From Pelomyxa schiedti (lineage: Eukaryota > Protista > Evosea): 64,000 nt of DNA. The translations under genes were made by a program, and so were the position numbers. The notes under the pieces are model-generated. The model was not told the origin of the DNA. It saw only the letters and a program-made list of their open reading frames with translations, and searched no databases. This document shows, one piece after another, positions 63,060 to 64,000 of the stretch. Location: the NCBI GenBank assembly GCA_020536535.1, contig JAHLWZ010000091.1, forward strand, positions 6,803 to 70,802, written 5' to 3'. The number at the start of each line of letters is the position of its first letter. The stretch's first letter is position 1.

Positions 63060-64000
63060 CCCTATGGATATTTTACAGATCCACTTGCCTCATCCCCTGT
63101 GTTCCCCCCCTCACTTCCCATGCTCCCAAGACTTGTTTGTTGTGCCTTTGGCTTTGTTTGAAATTATGATTTTTTTTCACCTCTCTCTTTCCCAGCTTTC
63201 ATAATAACATTGTTTTTTTTTGGTTGATGTGTGGAGCTAACAAATTTTCACTTTACTTCTTTCATGCCAAGTGTCCTCACTGTGTTTCCATAGATAGGCG
63301 GCAGGGGTCCCAGTGCACTCCCGTGTGATTGTGTGCTTCTTAAGGATCAAACATCAGACGTGAATTGCGATCAATTGTTCTCCTAAAAAAGAAAGTTGGT
63401 GAAATGTAATGCTGTCAAAGCGTACCATCCGAACCTCCTTTTTGTACGCCCATTACAAATTCTTCACGTGAAGAATTGTTGGAAACTGCATGGTAGCCAC
63501 AACCTAGTCACACTCCAAATGGTCTGATGATCTCCTCTTGGCAAGACGTAGCACACCCAAAAGGGCCCACCTCCCGAAATAGCACACGCACACGCGCGCG
63601 CACTCTCTGATGCCCCGCGTCCGTCCTCGTCCGCCTTGTCACAGCCTCCAAGTTGCCAACACCGTATCTCGCTCACCCGACGCATCTCCGACAGCACCAA
63701 AAAAAACCCGGGCATCTCTACACCACCTCCTTCGCGTTCTCTCGTGACCCCAAAAACAACGCCACCAGCCCCTCCCCACTGCCTCCAGGGTGTTGATTTG
63801 CCGTCGTGTAGATTCATCGCTGTTTTAATCCTCAAAATCGGGGGGCCCTTGTGCCAATGTGGCCGACGTCGGCAGAGCCGTGGCAGCAACGAAGGCAGCC
63901 ACCTCCCCCACATAACTACTACCAATCGCCGCAATCCCATAATTACTGCGTGCCTCCGACGCCTGCGCCATACGAGCATCTTCGCACACAGGCTCCCATG

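Noticed and set aside
63464-63979. 171-aa minus-strand ORF at the window end
   Set aside because: No recognisable domain; cannot be told apart from antisense of a gene continuing beyond the window
1-64000. CRISPR arrays, transposases, reverse transcriptases, rRNA or tRNA genes
   Set aside because: No spaced direct repeats, catalytic motifs or cloverleaf structures were found by eye

Overview
Gene-dense eukaryotic nuclear DNA in the standard code, with many very short (about 30-60 nt) GT-AG introns and short intergenic gaps. Gene content and architecture suggest an amoebozoan, most plausibly an archamoeba such as Pelomyxa (inference). About 23 spliced protein genes can be followed. Housekeeping genes: NSUN6-like m5C methyltransferase, translin, TENT4/Trf4-like nucleotidyltransferase, eIF3h, SRP72, RPS19 and a family I pyrophosphatase. 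Signalling genes: two receptor kinases with bacterial-type solute-binding ectodomains (one also carrying a degenerate cyclase and a second kinase), a RasGEF-PH-RhoGAP protein, a stand-alone PAS protein, an LRR protein and two F-box proteins. Possible lateral-transfer genes: DUF1015, a CsxA-like GH2 and an EGF-CotH kinase. The most striking unexplained signal is a roughly 365-nt, strand-specific, heavily base-paired non-coding element at 11319-11684 with an A-box-like motif and a T5 terminator that I cannot assign to a known RNA family. A box C/D snoRNA candidate and several intergenic hairpins are also present. Exon boundaries were read by eye and gene spans are approximate.
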